A model generated the notes under the pieces. That model did not search any database, was not told the DNA's origin, and was given only the letters and a program-made list of their open reading frames with translations. A DNA stretch of 64,000 nucleotides from Styela clava (lineage: Eukaryota): assembly GCF_964204865.1 (NCBI RefSeq), contig NC_135250.1, positions 12,214,001 to 12,278,000 of the forward strand, written 5' to 3'. The translations under genes were made by a program, and so were the position numbers. This document shows, piece by piece, positions 1 through 14,859 of the stretch (the stretch's first letter is position 1; each line of letters begins with the position of its first letter).

Positions 1-36
1 AAATATAAATAGAGAGAGGTTTTATTGCATAGTTAC

Positions 37-3000
37 CAATATTTGGTCCCGGAATCGATTTGTGTGAAATCCGATTACTTGAAACAAAACTGAATATCCA
101 ATTGGAGCAGAAATTGTCCATTCACATCGTGGCGAGTCTGGGCTGGAAGGCCAGTTTGGACTTGAAATATATTTCCTCCTGTTTTTCAGAGCTCTCCGAA
201 CACCACCACATGCTTCTTTACTAGAATCTACGTAATAAGACAACATTCTGAGGTATTCCAGTATATGCCGCGGAACGTTTTTTTAGTAATTGTCGACGTG
301 TATCTATCTATATGTATATATATGTTTAAATCATGAAATATGCTTGATTTATAAGGTGAAATACATTCTATTTCTATTGTTTAAAACCAACTTTAGTGCA
401 TTGGATCTCCTTTATAAGAAAAGCGTTATAATAGTAGCCTGCATGGTATACAATTGTATATTCTGTTGCAGGGCCTATGTTTATAAAAGATCTTACCATG
501 CAGCCTTTCAAAGACAGCTCGAAATCCACGACTTGCAGTTGAGATATCGGATTCAAAATCTACTCGCAATTTGTTAGAGGAAGATACGTAATAGGAAAAC
601 ATGATGTTTTTTCCACTTAATACTCCTAATTTTCTTGAAGTTGGTTTATCTCCATCCCGAATCTGCATTACATATATATACTTTGATAATAATTTCAAAT
701 AAGCAGCAGTTTTACATTCTAACACACAGAACTACTCGAAGAAATATCGAAATAAAAATTTAACTATATATAGTAATATATATATGTATAAAATGTAACA
801 GAGTCTGTTCTTTCCAAAACATTACATGAAGACGAAAAATGATTGTGTTACGCTCGTTTTTCGGAATTTATTCGAATTCGAAAACGTTACCTTGATGAAA
901 TCACAGCAGGCTTCTGTGCTCACTGATGTGAACCAAAGCATTATTTTGACCTTCGAAGGAGCCATTAGTATCCAGACACATTTAAGATCATTCGCATGCT
1001 TCATTGGATATCTGGGTGTAGTAAAGGTGCCATGTCCATGTTGAGGTACAACGAATCTTCCGCCGCATTTTTCTGAGCAATAAAAAAAACGTTAATGCAT
1101 ATGAAGGCGGAAAAGCAAATCAAAGTTAAGGCTTTTGAGTTGCACTGTAAAGCGTCACTGTACTACATGTATTTATCCTATACGTTTATTACATGCATTT
1201 TCATAACTATTTGGTTCTACCTGATTGCCCGGAACTTGGAAATTATGAAAATATCAGACGTATGCAAAAAGACCACATAATTAGAAACAAGCCATAATAA
1301 ACAGTCCCAGACGCTACATATTATTATACTTCGAATTCTGTCGAGAGATCAGCAAAGTAGCTAAGTTATTACTTACCATTAAACGCACTGGCAGCTAAAT
1401 TTAGCCTGATATATTATTTTAGTTCTTTCACTGATGTTTCAACTAAACCAAAATTCTTCCAAATACAAAATAATTTGATTTATACCTAAATTTGGAAATG
1501 ATAACTAAAAACTAAATAAAACTTAAAATTTATAAAACCGGTTAATGTTTATATTATACAGTTTTTTTAGTAGTTTTCGAAAATATGCATAATTGAAGAA
1601 AGTTTCTGAAGAACTGGTTAAATTGCAATTGTTTCGCCACGGACAATGGCCATTGCTATATGGTTGTCCATATGAATGGCGCGCTGGCCAATATGGCACA
1701 CAATGGATTTTTGAAAAAAAAAAGCTTCAAATGCGTCTCATGGTCCGTAAAATGGTTCATGAAAATTTAAAGACAATTTTATGTGTTACCGGAATAAGAT
1801 TAAATGATAAATGATCATACCTTTTTCTATTTTAATTACTTTTTGTTTTCTTTCGACTGTAAAAAAAATGAAAGCATCGTAAACAGTAAGTCTGATTCAA
1901 CAACCCACTCTATTTTGAGGAAAAATGGGGCTTATAAATGTGTTAAGCTATAATTTTTGAGGTGTTTGCATTCAGTCACTATAAAGGTTGTTATCTATAT
2001 CCGACACCATACGCAACTTTTTTTATTCATGATTACTACGTTTGACTAGTTTGAGAAATTTAAATTCGAATTTTGACGTTTAGCTTTATGGCTATATTAA
2101 AATTACCTGCTTTATAAACGGCTGAAAAACCTCTTCTAATTGTTGTACTATCAGATCTAAATACAACTTGTAATATACCCCCAGTAGATATATATTGTGG
2201 TTGAATTTGTGGACCGATAGCTCCTCCCAATTCATACACTTTGGAATTCATTGAATTACCATATCTTACCTGGATATAAAAAAAAAGATGATAATGATTA
2301 ATGCCGCGACCGAGGTAATCCTAACGTTGTCAGGTGTATCATTATTGGACACGAAATGGACCTATTGATCGTTTTGTTATTATGTTGTTGTTCTTGTTGG
2401 TATTTTTCTGCTTGTTGTTACTGTATGAAAAAAATCGCTTTCCTCATTTACTGCTGGATCAATTGCTTGGTAATTTTTAGTGGTTAAAGATTGCAATTTT
2501 CGCTAGACGCCTGTTACTTTCATTTAGTTCAACCTTCTGTGGGCTGTATATGATTCGTTTTTCACTTCGAATTTTCGGGTGATGACCTCTTGAAAATTAA
2601 TACAAATTATTTGTAGCGGTTCTTCGACCTCTCTTTCGTGCTACGCGCTCTTGCTAAGTTTTTTTTTTTGATGGTATATAATAATTGATTACTTCGTACG
2701 CAAGGTATAAAAAACACAAAATAGGAAGCGCATTGAAGCTGCAGGCACAATGCAGGCTTTATAAAATCTAAGATAGCTCGTCACAAAAGCATCCGAGAAT
2801 ATATTATAATATATTCATTGCAAAATGGCGTTTTGGTACTTCTGCATCTCTCCAAATACAATCAAATATTTTTTCTATGCAGTGCTTCAAATTAGGAAAC
2901 ATTACCAGATGGTATTGATATATTCTCATGTACTGTTATTTCATGTAATACACCATATATATACGTACCAAGACATAATCACAGCATGATTCTGTATCCA

Positions 3001-6000
3001 TTTCTTGAAATGTAACAGCAACGCTTTTGTCCGCGGGTGCTTTTATTGTCCATGTACAATGAAGATTATTTTCATAATGAACTGGCCAACCAGGAGATTT
3101 TAGAAGCTTGCCTTCTTCCTGCGCTTCCAAATTTTCTGTACAATTTTCCGAGTGAGTTGTGGCTGCAAGTGTTATGGCAAAAATGTTACAATACAAAAAT
3201 GATTGACCTACACTTCTGTATGTAAGACATTTAAATAATATATTCGCTTAGAGTTGTAAAATTATCGAAGGTCCCTAATCCGTGGATACAATCAAGCGTA
3301 CTGAGCATGTTTTCTTTTGAAAAGTTTTAATTTTCAATTCGAGATGTGTTATCACCTGATTACTCCCAGCTTATAAAGGTGACGGATATATGATATTAAG
3401 TCCACGATACAATTATTTTTGTATCTGATTCAAAATCCTTAATGTTTATCACTTGCTGGTATTATTAGATATGCGTCATAAACAGCTGGACTATATTAGA
3501 TGTGACCAAGTAGATAAGCTGTTCGCACTCAATAGATTACACAGCTTACACGGCGCGAAATTCAGCGATTTGATCTGGAATTTCTATAAACTTCAATTTT
3601 TTTCGAAATATCAAATCCTACCTATCCTGTATTCTGCTGCAAAACCATTGTCTTCATATGATTCATCTGTTTTGAAACGAACAAAAATTGATCCAAAGGA
3701 TGAAACGTAAATCGATTCCGTGACATTTCCACGATATGTGGCTAGTAGTCCAGAGGAACTAGAATTACCATCCCGTAACTGAAATGAACTTATTATTTTA
3801 AATTCAGATTATATAGTGGTACGTATTGTTTGTGAATCACCCATTCTGATTTGCACCCTCCAGTGGATAAAACGGCACATCCGGGAGTATGTGCACCAGG
3901 ATGGCGCAGAACGTGAACCCTGACCTGGTGCACATACTATGTTCAGGTTGTGCACCATCTTGGTGCACATACTTCTGGAGGTCCGATAAAACTTCATTGC
4001 TAACGACACGAAAAAAGCAATTGTGCAAACGAGAAATAACCTAACACAATAATTCAAGTTGTGTGATAAACAAAATAATCATTAGCTAGTGGAATCGAAA
4101 ATATTTACATAAAATGCAATTGTCAATTTGATATATATAGGTATGCTAGTAATAAATTTAAATTATGTTCACCTCAATGATGTCACAGCATGATTCCGTC
4201 AAAACTTCAACAAATACGATTTCTACTTGATGACCGGGTGGTGCTTCAATAACCCACTGACAATCCATGCCACTGGGATATCCCATCGGATATCCGGGAG
4301 AGAAAAAGAATTGTGCCAGGTAATGTGCCCGAAGGGTAGACGGAGGACATTTGAACATACCTGAATAACACAACAATCTATTATGAGCAAACTTGTTCAC
4401 TCGATGTTTATAATTAAGGTACCATGTTATAAACTTTGTAATATTGTTTTATATTTACGATTGCGATTACAACGCACAAAACAAAATGGTTGCGTGGTAA
4501 TAACTTCTAACCTCTGAGTTTTGTTATTACTTATTATAGCAGAGATTAAGATTTTAATTCAATAGAAAATGACACAGGAAAATAGCTAATGAGAATTGTG
4601 TAACCTATACGTACGATTTAAACAAAATGAGGAAAACTTATATAATACCACACGTCGTTTGAACTTGCTATTATGCGTTCGTGATTTCTCAATGAATCTG
4701 CACAAAATATTCATTCACACTCGACGTATAGCCATATTTTCAAAATTCCAACGGAATTTTATTTTTGATTTCTTTTTATTTACATTCTATTTAAAGTTGC
4801 AACACTTGAATCCGATTTCAACAGTGTCGTCGGGATTAATCATCGATAAGACACGCCATTCATCAATGTTTCTCATGTGTCAAACGTAATTTCTGCTTAC
4901 ATTGTCATTAAAACTGAACTTATCTGCTTTAACATCTTGTTCAAAATTGAATTTACAATTTATTCTTTGTGAGGAATTCCTAGTTACAATAAAACCATTT
5001 TTGAATATTTTGCCAATGACGTTTGACGTTTTAAAATTTAAAAAAACACAAAATAAGCGTTTTATTGATGTTTTGCTATCTGTAAGAATTTTAAATAAAT
5101 ATTGCCATTTTTGAGATTTGCATCGTACAAATCATATTTAATTGATGAAAAATATTCGATACAATTTAATATTTTGTTAAAAATTGCGTTTTCAAAATTT
5201 TTTTCAAAATTGATTTTATCTCAATTTTGAATGTCTTATTATCCGTTTTCATCGACTGTTTGATCTGAATGAAATGTTAATTTCTATGATATTTAGTTTG
5301 TTAACTTCAAAATAGTGGTTTTCACATTTTGTTAAAAAGAAGCACATAACTGCGGTGCCTGGTTCGGGAGAATTATCTGACAATTTGGGCGCCAACGACG
5401 TCAAATTGTTGTCAAATTTTCCTATGATAATGTCAAATAATAACACTTGACAAATTGGTTGGTTTTCTGATCCATTGTTAATCGTAATTTTGGAAATAAA
5501 AAGGTAATTCACAACGAAATTTAATACTTTACAAACTACATAGGCGACAATATTTAACAATGACAATGATGTCTTTGAATGATAATACAGAAAATAAAGT
5601 AAATTTTATTACCAAATTGCAATATGCCTAATAACAGAAATTCTTCATTTGTACACTAAATATAGCGAATAGGTGACGCTAAGGGGTTTAAATTACGGCT
5701 TTGAAATACCGGACCGACCGTTTGTATTTAAGACTTCGCGATGGCCACAAAATGTTATCAAAACGCCATTTTAAACTTTTAAAATTATAAAAATCAGAAA
5801 ATGTTGTATGCTAGCTCGAGCTTTTCTTCATAAAGGTATGCATAAAGAGCTAGAGATTTTTACATGGCTTCTTGTCATTTGTCACGGGATATTTTCTAGG
5901 AACCTTGAAATCCCTACATTATTATTATGGACATAAAACTCTTCATATATTTTTTGCTACAGAAATAGAATGGTGACTTTTCCCGATTTTGGAAATGTGA

Positions 6001-9000
6001 GTTGGAAGCAATATTACAGAAAAGTATGTTTAATTGTTTTTCAAATACTCCAATCGGATCACGCGACTCTTTCCATGATGATTTTGTCGTATGTTATATG
6101 CTGAAAAATTTATTGGTGAAGTGAAACCAACCCGAACTTCACCATTTGCGGATTTGTTTTGTAACTATATTTTTATTGTATGAATGAGGATTTGCCTTCT
6201 CATGTTGAACCTTTGCGTAAAACATATAAAGAATATATACATGAAAAACGATAGGTTTTTGATTTTTAATACCTCTTACACATAAAATTTAGATTTCGGT
6301 TTTCTTAACTGTATGAAATAGAATGAAGAAAGAAATGAAAGCGTTGCCGAATTCAGTTTTTGCATGTTGATAGGCGAAATTATTAATTTTTATGCTTCTA
6401 TGGCGCTCAAATTTCGTAAAAAGTCACGCGATTACCGACAAATATAACCCATGACATAATTTTGACATACCTGAGCTCTACCTATAAATTTTGTTATTAT
6501 TTATATTATATTCATGCTCATGCAAAATAAATTACGGTGAAATGTGTCATATCCCATCAGGCTGGTTGTTGTCGAAAATGTAAACAAAGATAATCCGCTT
6601 GATAAAGTTTGTGTACAAAACTGGAGGGAAGAAATCTGGGCAATTCTACCATAAAAATACATTAAATTCACCGCATCCCACAGTACTTCTTTTTATAGTA
6701 TAAAATTAAAAATATATACGAGATTTTTATTCACGCCCTGGGCATTTGGCACGGCTGATATGCAGCCCATGTTTGAAGAGGCTATAGAAATAATTATATC
6801 AAAATAAATATAGTTCTAGTAATTTTAACACGCCTCAAAAATGTCCTATTTAGGTGAGAATTTCTTTCAAATATTTAATATAAAATAACAAGAAGATGGC
6901 ATTGATTTAAAAAAAAGGAAAATTTTTATTCGAAAGGTCGTGAACTCGGAAGTACGACGTCCTGCCTTGTATTTCCCGATTTATATCAAGTGGGTAAAAT
7001 TCTACGAAATCGAATTAAGTACAGAGCGTCGTTTGTGAAATTTTAAACGCTTTAAAAAGTAGTAAATAAGAAATATTGTTTAAATAGAATTTATGAAGTT
7101 ATATAAACATTTCTTTAACTCTTAAATCCGCGATAGAAGGGCAGGGAGTGTAGCAATCGCAATTGGCATGGACGAATTGATTTCCCGCCTGCTAAAGTTA
7201 GACCACACGTCACGCAAGTAATCAGTCCTCGCCTTGTAGTAATGCTCTTATTATACAAGTCTAAGATATATATATATTTTATATACGTTTTTATGTACGT
7301 AGTCTTTATATGTTTTACGTAAAGGTCCAACATCTATATGATATATATATATATATATTATAAAACAAAATGCGAGAATTTATCTAGAAATGCATAAATA
7401 CTGCATTTTAACTGACTAAAAATCATTTTATTGTGGGCTTTAAACAAAAATAACAACCAATAATAATATATACATACGATAGATACATTAACAACGGAAA
7501 ATATATTTTAGATCGTTAATCTTTTTAGTGTCGATATTTCAGATAACTCTAACTTCTCTTAACACTTTTGAAAACTTACACTCGCTTTAAGTTTACTCAA
7601 ACGTGAATGTTGATCGCACTGTGAGTCGAATATAAATTGCTGACCTGACTTTGTAATCTTTTTAAAGCGCTGTCCGCTTTTGCTTATTAAGTCTAAACAA
7701 AAACTGGCTAAATGCTGTTGGTTAGATCTAGCATTTATTTAAGACTTTAACGCAATATCTCAATTCCGCAATATGATAACGTTATCTTGTTCCTGTCGAA
7801 TTTCGCATATATTTTTCAAACACCGGGCAGATTATGAAATAGGAAATATAGCTGAATGCGCATTTTAACGCATATTCAAACGCAAATACCGGCACAGCAT
7901 ATACCGGTAAGCATAAACATTAAGCAAACTAAATTATTTGTTAACCGATATACCGAATATATACAGATTATAAATTGAAACGCGGAAGCATTTGAACATT
8001 GGATATTTTATCCAAATGTTTCGCAATATTTTGTAGCAGGCGAACCTAAAATTCATGATATTTTCATTATGATCGATTTAGTGTGATTGAGCTAATGCAT
8101 TCATATAACTTTGATTCAATTTAGGCATTATACAGATAAATCGCTGTGTTTGTATACATGTATTTTATTTTACTCGCCTGGCATTTAACAAAAAGCACCG
8201 ACAGACAAAAAAAATCCGATAGCTTCATGTAAAAACTACGGATTTGTAACCATAATTTGTAAATACTAAAACTTTCCAGACTTCAAAAATATAAAAAGTT
8301 ATGCACGATCATGAATATACCAAGCATAATTGTTGAAACAGATGGTTTTGCTGAGTACAAATCATGACACGTAAATTACCAACTCTGCAAAAATTAAATC
8401 CTTTGTTATTCGTCGGTGATTTTCTTGAAATGAAGAACAATAGATAAAACGATCGTTTTTTTAACAAACTCATCAAAAACAATGATTTCGTGATATTTAC
8501 TTCCTTAGGGTTTCCATGAACGTGAAATCGACTTGCTCTATATTAAATGAATACATCTAGCTTGACGTCGTGTCACAAGACTGTATATTAATTACAACAG
8601 TGCATTAAACCGGGTTTGCATTGAAACATTCATCCTAAAATTAGATTTTCCTATTGTTTTAACGTATTTAATGTAATACAGATAATCCACAACTACCAAA
8701 TGTTTTTCGTGAACTACGTGATCGAAACAACATTTCACAGTATTGAAACCGAAAGCAGTATTGATTGCATCAAAATATTACCATTGCGATTAATATTAAT
8801 AAAAGAAACAAATAATAGCATACGAGTAATGTAGAATAGATTTTTCTGACATTCAAGAAAATCAAATTCTAATGATTTCATCCATCTTTATCCAATTACG
8901 ATCAAATGTTAATAATAAGTATTGAAAAACCAATGTTCTGTTTTAAGTGAATGTTTTAGTTTCATATTTATTCAGAAATACAACTTAATAAACGAAAATC

Positions 9001-9947
9001 GATTTTTCTGCTGGTTAGATTTGGCCATAAGTTAATTATTATTTGGACCTATTTTTAGTATTGATTGATTATTACGAATGTTTACACATGACCTACAGAA
9101 ACGACATGCTCTAGGTTCAAATATATAAAAAAAAGTTTTTAATATGATACTACGAATTACAGAAATTTACTAAGCTGCAAAAAATTATCTGAGAACACAT
9201 AGTTGTTGTTCGCATATATTTAAATTGCATATATTTAAATTGCTTCATGCTTTAAAATTGGCAAGTCATTGTTTCGCTACTTCACTTATAAATATAAGGT
9301 TTACCTATTCAAAATCATAAATAAAGTTTGAAATTGGCATCTACTACAGTATATATATACTACGAGTATAGAGCATTATAGCCTGTATATTCGAAAAATA
9401 CTTCATAAATTGCACTTTTATTCAATTTAACTGCACGCGATTTTTTAAACGTAGCTAAACTCGATTCAAAAATCCACTCAAGATACCAGATATTCGGTTG
9501 CAATTAGTTATGGCAATTTTCTCGAGCAAACTTCGTTTCAAGTCGACCCAAAAACGCATTTTTTAAGTGGAAACAGTAAACCGCTTACAAAACACATTTG
9601 TAAAAACGGTAAAAAATATAAAAACAAAAAAATTCCAATAAATGTAATTGTACGACTGTTTATGCTTTTGTTTATTTTGAAAAGGCGTTAGCGAGGTATT
9701 CCAACGGTTTCCGAAATAAAGTTGCAAGGACAAAAATTAATGATTCAATCAAAGTACTACACACTCTGAATAAAATTAATCGAATACAATTAAAATAGAC
9801 TATATTCATATTATATATATATCAATATTTATCGTACTTTGTAGACCAGCTAAACTATTATTACTCACCGTTGAATAGGAATGCTTCATATTGCACAACA
9901 AGTATAATCATCACCATTAAAATATGAAGTCCGTTCATGTTGCTCAT
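37..9947 (-). CDS. Secreted multi-CUB-domain protein (cubilin/tolloid-like CUB repeats); 5' part, continues past position 1
   Basis: Phase-consistent GT-AG exons: 9869-9947 (signal peptide MSNMNGLHILMVMIILVVQYEAFLFN), 4173-4360, 3622-3778, 2969-3162, 2107-2269, 891-1072, 497-662, 37-227. Each CUB is split over two exons, with SPG[YW]P..Y....C.W.I.AP in the first half and F.[ST]D.S....GF.A.[YF] in the second. At least 3.5 CUB domains. The link from the signal-peptide exon is inferred, and extra exons (e.g. ~5350-5421) are possible. Confidence 0.88.
3882..3984. mobile_element. Palindromic MITE family A, short form
   Basis: agtatgtgcaccaggatgg...ccatcttggtgcacatact inverted arms. Confidence 0.8.
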
Positions 9948-12900
9948 AGTACTATTATAATGTAACTAAGATTTTATCAGTTCGGATAATCTAAACATAC
10001 AAATTTTAAAATTAATAAAGAAACGTTACTTGCTCGTCATTCAGATAAACATATCAACGATGATATTGAATTCATGTTAGACAATACGACGACATTAACC
10101 CCATGTCGTTGTGGTACTTACTAACCTTCAAGCGTTCGTTTTCAACGCAGCCACATCATATAAAAACGTGTTTAAAGCCGCACCAAATGTCAATAAAGCT
10201 TTTTTAAATCTGCCATCTACTCCATGCTACTCCAACTGAAAACGAAAAATATCGGTCCATTTGAAGCGATGATTTCCACCATGTTGATGTGAGAGAAAGC
10301 AGATCGCATAGGAAAGAGTAATTTAATTCGAGAGAGATGACATTTTGAAACGACAAAGTAATCTCTCATTATCTGGGCCATGGGTTCACAAGTAATGCAT
10401 CGTAATTTGCATTCCCGTCGAATACAATCAATTAAAAAAAATAATAACATGAAGGTGATATGATATCTTGATGATGCGATTCATTCAATCAGTCACATGA
10501 CACAAATTGTTATGAAACATAATCTCATTTAAGCTTTGAATCTGATAGGAACAGGCGACTACGCACACACACTTCTATGTTGCATATGGTCGCGTATAAT
10601 CGAGGCAGAACTTATTGTATTGAAAAATATTGCATTGTATGCTATAAGTATATGGTCTTTGAAAACGTTGGTGTCGATGAAAATCGTCCCTGAATTTGGT
10701 ACTTGAGAGTTCATAATCCAGTAATTTTGAACACGACATTTCTTATTTAGCCATGACTATTTTAGTCATCTATCTGTATTTAGTATTTATTAGTATTATT
10801 TCAACATAATATTTGTTTTAGCTTTGCAAAAAGACTAAATATTTATATTCTCGGCTATCACCAAGAATATTAAACACGCGATTGGTTGGAGACATTGAAA
10901 AGTATATTAAAATATACGTACTTTTTAAAATTCGTGCAACGTAATGTAAATGCACTTATTACTTAACGTACGTGATATTGTGTCACATAGTTCGGATAAT
11001 TTTAAGACAAAAAATTATTTGTATTACTGTAAAATTCCGCTAATTTTGCTGCACATATTTATTTAATTCTTTAATTTAAACAATAAAGCTAATTTTAAAT
11101 ACATGCTGAGCAAATTTCATACAACTCTTGAACATTTTTGCGCAACTTATTTGACATTTGACATTAAGGTTTACAATAGCAGGTTCTTTACATGAACAAC
11201 AATATAATTTCTGACAAATTAGACCTGTTTTACATATTTGTATCAAAAAGTTTGAGTCCATGGCACGTGAATTTCATGTAACAAAGCGATCTCACTTAAA
11301 ACGGAAAAATTGTTTCTTCCGGTTCGCGGATACGATGCCATAATGTCATCTTTATGTGACCTCGATATAAAGATATCCAATACTACAAAGAAGAGTTTGT
11401 CAAATAAGTCAAGTAATGAAGGTTTTCGAAACTCAAAGCCATAACAATTCATGCTACCTGAAGCGTTAATGTTAAAGTTTTAGAAAATACTTTTAAAAAG
11501 TTTTTCTAAATTCTAGGGATTTTATTGTCATTTCAACTTATGTATCAAATTTGTCGATATTAGTAATCGCTGTGGGCACTTTTAGTATTGATTTCAGTCA
11601 ACTGATATTTGTATTTATATTTTGGCGAAGCCATGTTTTGAACGGACTGCTTGAGATGTATGGGCGTAATGATTATTATCCATATTCTTATCAGTTCCGC
11701 GAGATTTATTCCACGATCCATCTATCAAATTCACTACAAAACATATCATGATTGTATGTTTTGATTAGAGTCAGCATATCTGAAAATTCGTGGTATGAAT
11801 TCGAAGATTATTAAATGTTATAAATTTTAAAATAATAACACGCAATGCTGTAGTGGAAAAGTGATGAAGATTGATAGAAAATTAATTTTTGACCCGTGCC
11901 ATAGCAAGACATGATTATAGTGTTTATTAAAAAGTAAGAAACGATGTTGGCGCACCTTAAAAAGAATAAACTTCAATGTAGCTTCGACAAATAATAATTA
12001 TAATATCACATTTTCGTATACCAAAAAAAACTTCACCAAAAATGCCTATTACCCTGTTTTTGTTGAAGTATGTCTAAACAGATCAGGAACTAATAGGACA
12101 CCACATTTTTTTGACCTGCATATATAATTTAAACACTTTAGTTTGTATCGTGTTGGCGTATATTTTAAAATCGATTTAAATTCGAACAGAGAAAAGACAT
12201 TTTTAAAAGTTTGCTATTTTTGGTGCAGGTCATTTTCTCAGTTGTTTTCTGGCGGGATTGACATGAATTATTTCAAGTTTCGTGTCAACACTATCTATTT
12301 GAATTCCACAATTGCAGGGATAAACTGATGTATTCGTTGGCGCGCCTGTGTTCGCTTGCAACTGTTCTATTTATTTTTTTCACATTTAGTTGAGGCGTCC
12401 TGACCTTCCTTTGGAAAAAAATTAATATAAAATAAAGTAAGATATATATATGTATATATATATTTCAGTAAGCAAAATTATTTTATTGTTTTGGTTTGTT
12501 AAAATATTCGACACCTTTGTCGTCTTGTAAAAAAGGAAAATTTAATTTTGCTCATTCTGTTATGTATGTTTATCAGCGAGTCCTAACAGAATCAATTACA
12601 TGTAGAACTTATCTTATAAGTTTGCATGGAATGAAAAGAAAGAAGCAAACTTTCATCTATTCGTTCTGTTTTTTTTTCGCTATGCTTAACATAGAATGAA
12701 TACATTACATAACTGGTATTTTTATGGGCTTTGTATACACTTCGTCACACGATAATACACCGCCACTGGAGGCCCTTTCATGGGCTATTCGTCACGCTAA
12801 TAACCAAATTGCGTAAGTCATTTTTAGCAGTTTTGAGAAAAACGTAAAAAACTTTCTAATGATATTGCTATGCCATTGAGAGTCATTAATTTGCCATAGT

Positions 12901-13174
12901 TTGATTATTCGCTCGTAGCCGGATTTGAGTTAATTTGTATGAGGCATTTATTATGTGACGTCATAATGGCGCACTGTGACTTAGCAGAAATGTGTCTATA
13001 ACTTGGGGACATACGCAATTTTGCAACTTGACTATATGCACCAACCAAGGTGAATTGGACTCGACAGTGAATATCACAAGTCCATACCCTCCTATACTGT
13101 AGTATAAATTCAAATTTATAAGCGCTAATTAAGCTAGAATCTGAGATGCAAAAACTCGATAATCCTTCGCCGAG

Positions 13175-13335
13175 ATTTTTACTTATCGATTTTAATCGGT
13201 AAGTATGTTGATAGGCATTTGTCTGTCTGTCTGTCTGTCTGACTGTCTGTTAGATGCACGCGATATCTCACGAAAGCGAGATTAAATCTGCTCCAGATTT
13301 TGCATGTACATTCATCATATGTCGGACCAGAAGGA
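13175..13335. mobile_element. Helentron/DINE-1-like non-autonomous fragment
   Basis: A (gtct)n microsatellite followed by gcgatatctc...attttgcatg, the typical layout of HINE/DINE-like elements. Confidence 0.45.
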
Positions 13336-13589
13336 TATAATATATAGGTTCCTGATTTGCAAACCAAGCATCCTTCCTCATAATCATTCCATATAACTTA
13401 ACAAGGAACTAGCTGCTATCAAATACACTTGCAGCTGCTCAACGAGACGGGTAAAACAGTCAGCGAATAATAATAATCAGAAAGTTAATCTAAGTGGTAA
13501 ACATCATTGATAAGGAAAAACGCTCTGTTACATCATAATTCTACACAACCTCATAGTCTTAGCAGTGTGCACAGTACGATTGCAGATGC

Positions 13590-13703
13590 AGTAAAATTCC
13601 GGATTCCGGACATTTGAGCATTTTTTTAAATTCTTTCCGGACGCAAAATTTAACGCTAAATTCCGAACATGTCCGGAATTTTCCGGACGGTATGGCAACC
13701 CTA
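13590..13703. mobile_element. hAT (Blackjack-like) terminal fragment
   Basis: Ends tatggcaacccta (reverse of TAGGGTTGCCA), with repeated tccgga subterminal motifs. Confidence 0.55.
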
Positions 13704-14355
13704 CTATAAGCAGCAGGGCACCCAGTATTTTTAAATAGAAAGCCGGTTTAAAATTTGGAATCGAAAATTACCGCGCAACATTCTTCGCGATTAGGCCACT
13801 CGTTGAAAAAAGATTTTTTAAGCGGATAACGAGTTTTCTGTCGCATAAAATATTCAATCCGGGGCCGATGCAAACATTTATAATGTCTTGTCATATTTAT
13901 TTAAATGTGTTCATTGTTACTCGCCTTTGAGTTGAGATTACTGTTACGATAAATGAAATGAAATATTATTATTCTAAAATGACATCAAGCACGTGCTAAA
14001 CTGACAACTTAAATAGATTGAAATCATATTTTCGCGATATTTTGATTCGTTGAATTTGTGTTGTTTTTTCCCAAATCCCAAATCCCAAAGTCGGCGTAAA
14101 AATCTCAATGAGTGCCATTTATAATTGAGCAGTTCATGACCGATGCATTGTTTATTGGTTTAATTGTGTTGGATGTGACTGTGGTTGAGTCGACTTACGA
14201 CTATATAAAATCATTACTTATCAAAACTGCCTCGAGTTTGCTTGAACAAAACTTATGTCCGTTCCGTTTTAGGTTTTAGTTTTATTATTTTATAATGCCG
14301 CTTTTCAATCAAGAAATTTGGGTTGCGGATCCACCTCTTTATTAATTATTTTTAT

Positions 14356-14715
14356 CATCTCGTCGTCGATAATTATAATATATATATTAACTTGTTTTTC
14401 ACACTGAACTCACAATTTCGCACGAGAACAAAAAGGTAATTAATTATCGTCGTGTTCGTGGAACAAAATATTCGTGGAAAGCCTTAATATCAGGGCCGGA
14501 TTATGTTTTTTGATATGCCCTAAGCAAGTCCCTCAGCATCTCGTCGTCGATAATTATAATATACTAACTTGTTTTTCACACTGAACTCACAATTTTGCAC
14601 GAGAACAAAAAGGTAATTAATTATCGTCGTGTTCGTGGAACAAAATATTCGTGGAAAGCCTTAAATATCAGGGCCGGATTATGTTTTTTTATATGCCCTA
14701 TGCAAGTCCCTCAGC
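14356..14715. repeat. Direct tandem duplication of a ~180 bp unit
   Basis: catctcgtcgtcgataattataata...cagggccggattatg...caagtccctcag is present twice (about 14356-14536 and 14537-14715) with few differences. Confidence 0.9.
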
Positions 14716-14859
14716 TGATGGATTTTCTGATGAATTTTTATTGCGCCCGTGTTGTCGTTCTACCTTCCGCCCTGAAATCTTCTTGTTTTCATATTTTTTC
14801 CACTGCGCGCTTGCTTTAACTTTTTTGATACGTGTGTTGCTGATTGTATTTTGGTTCTG

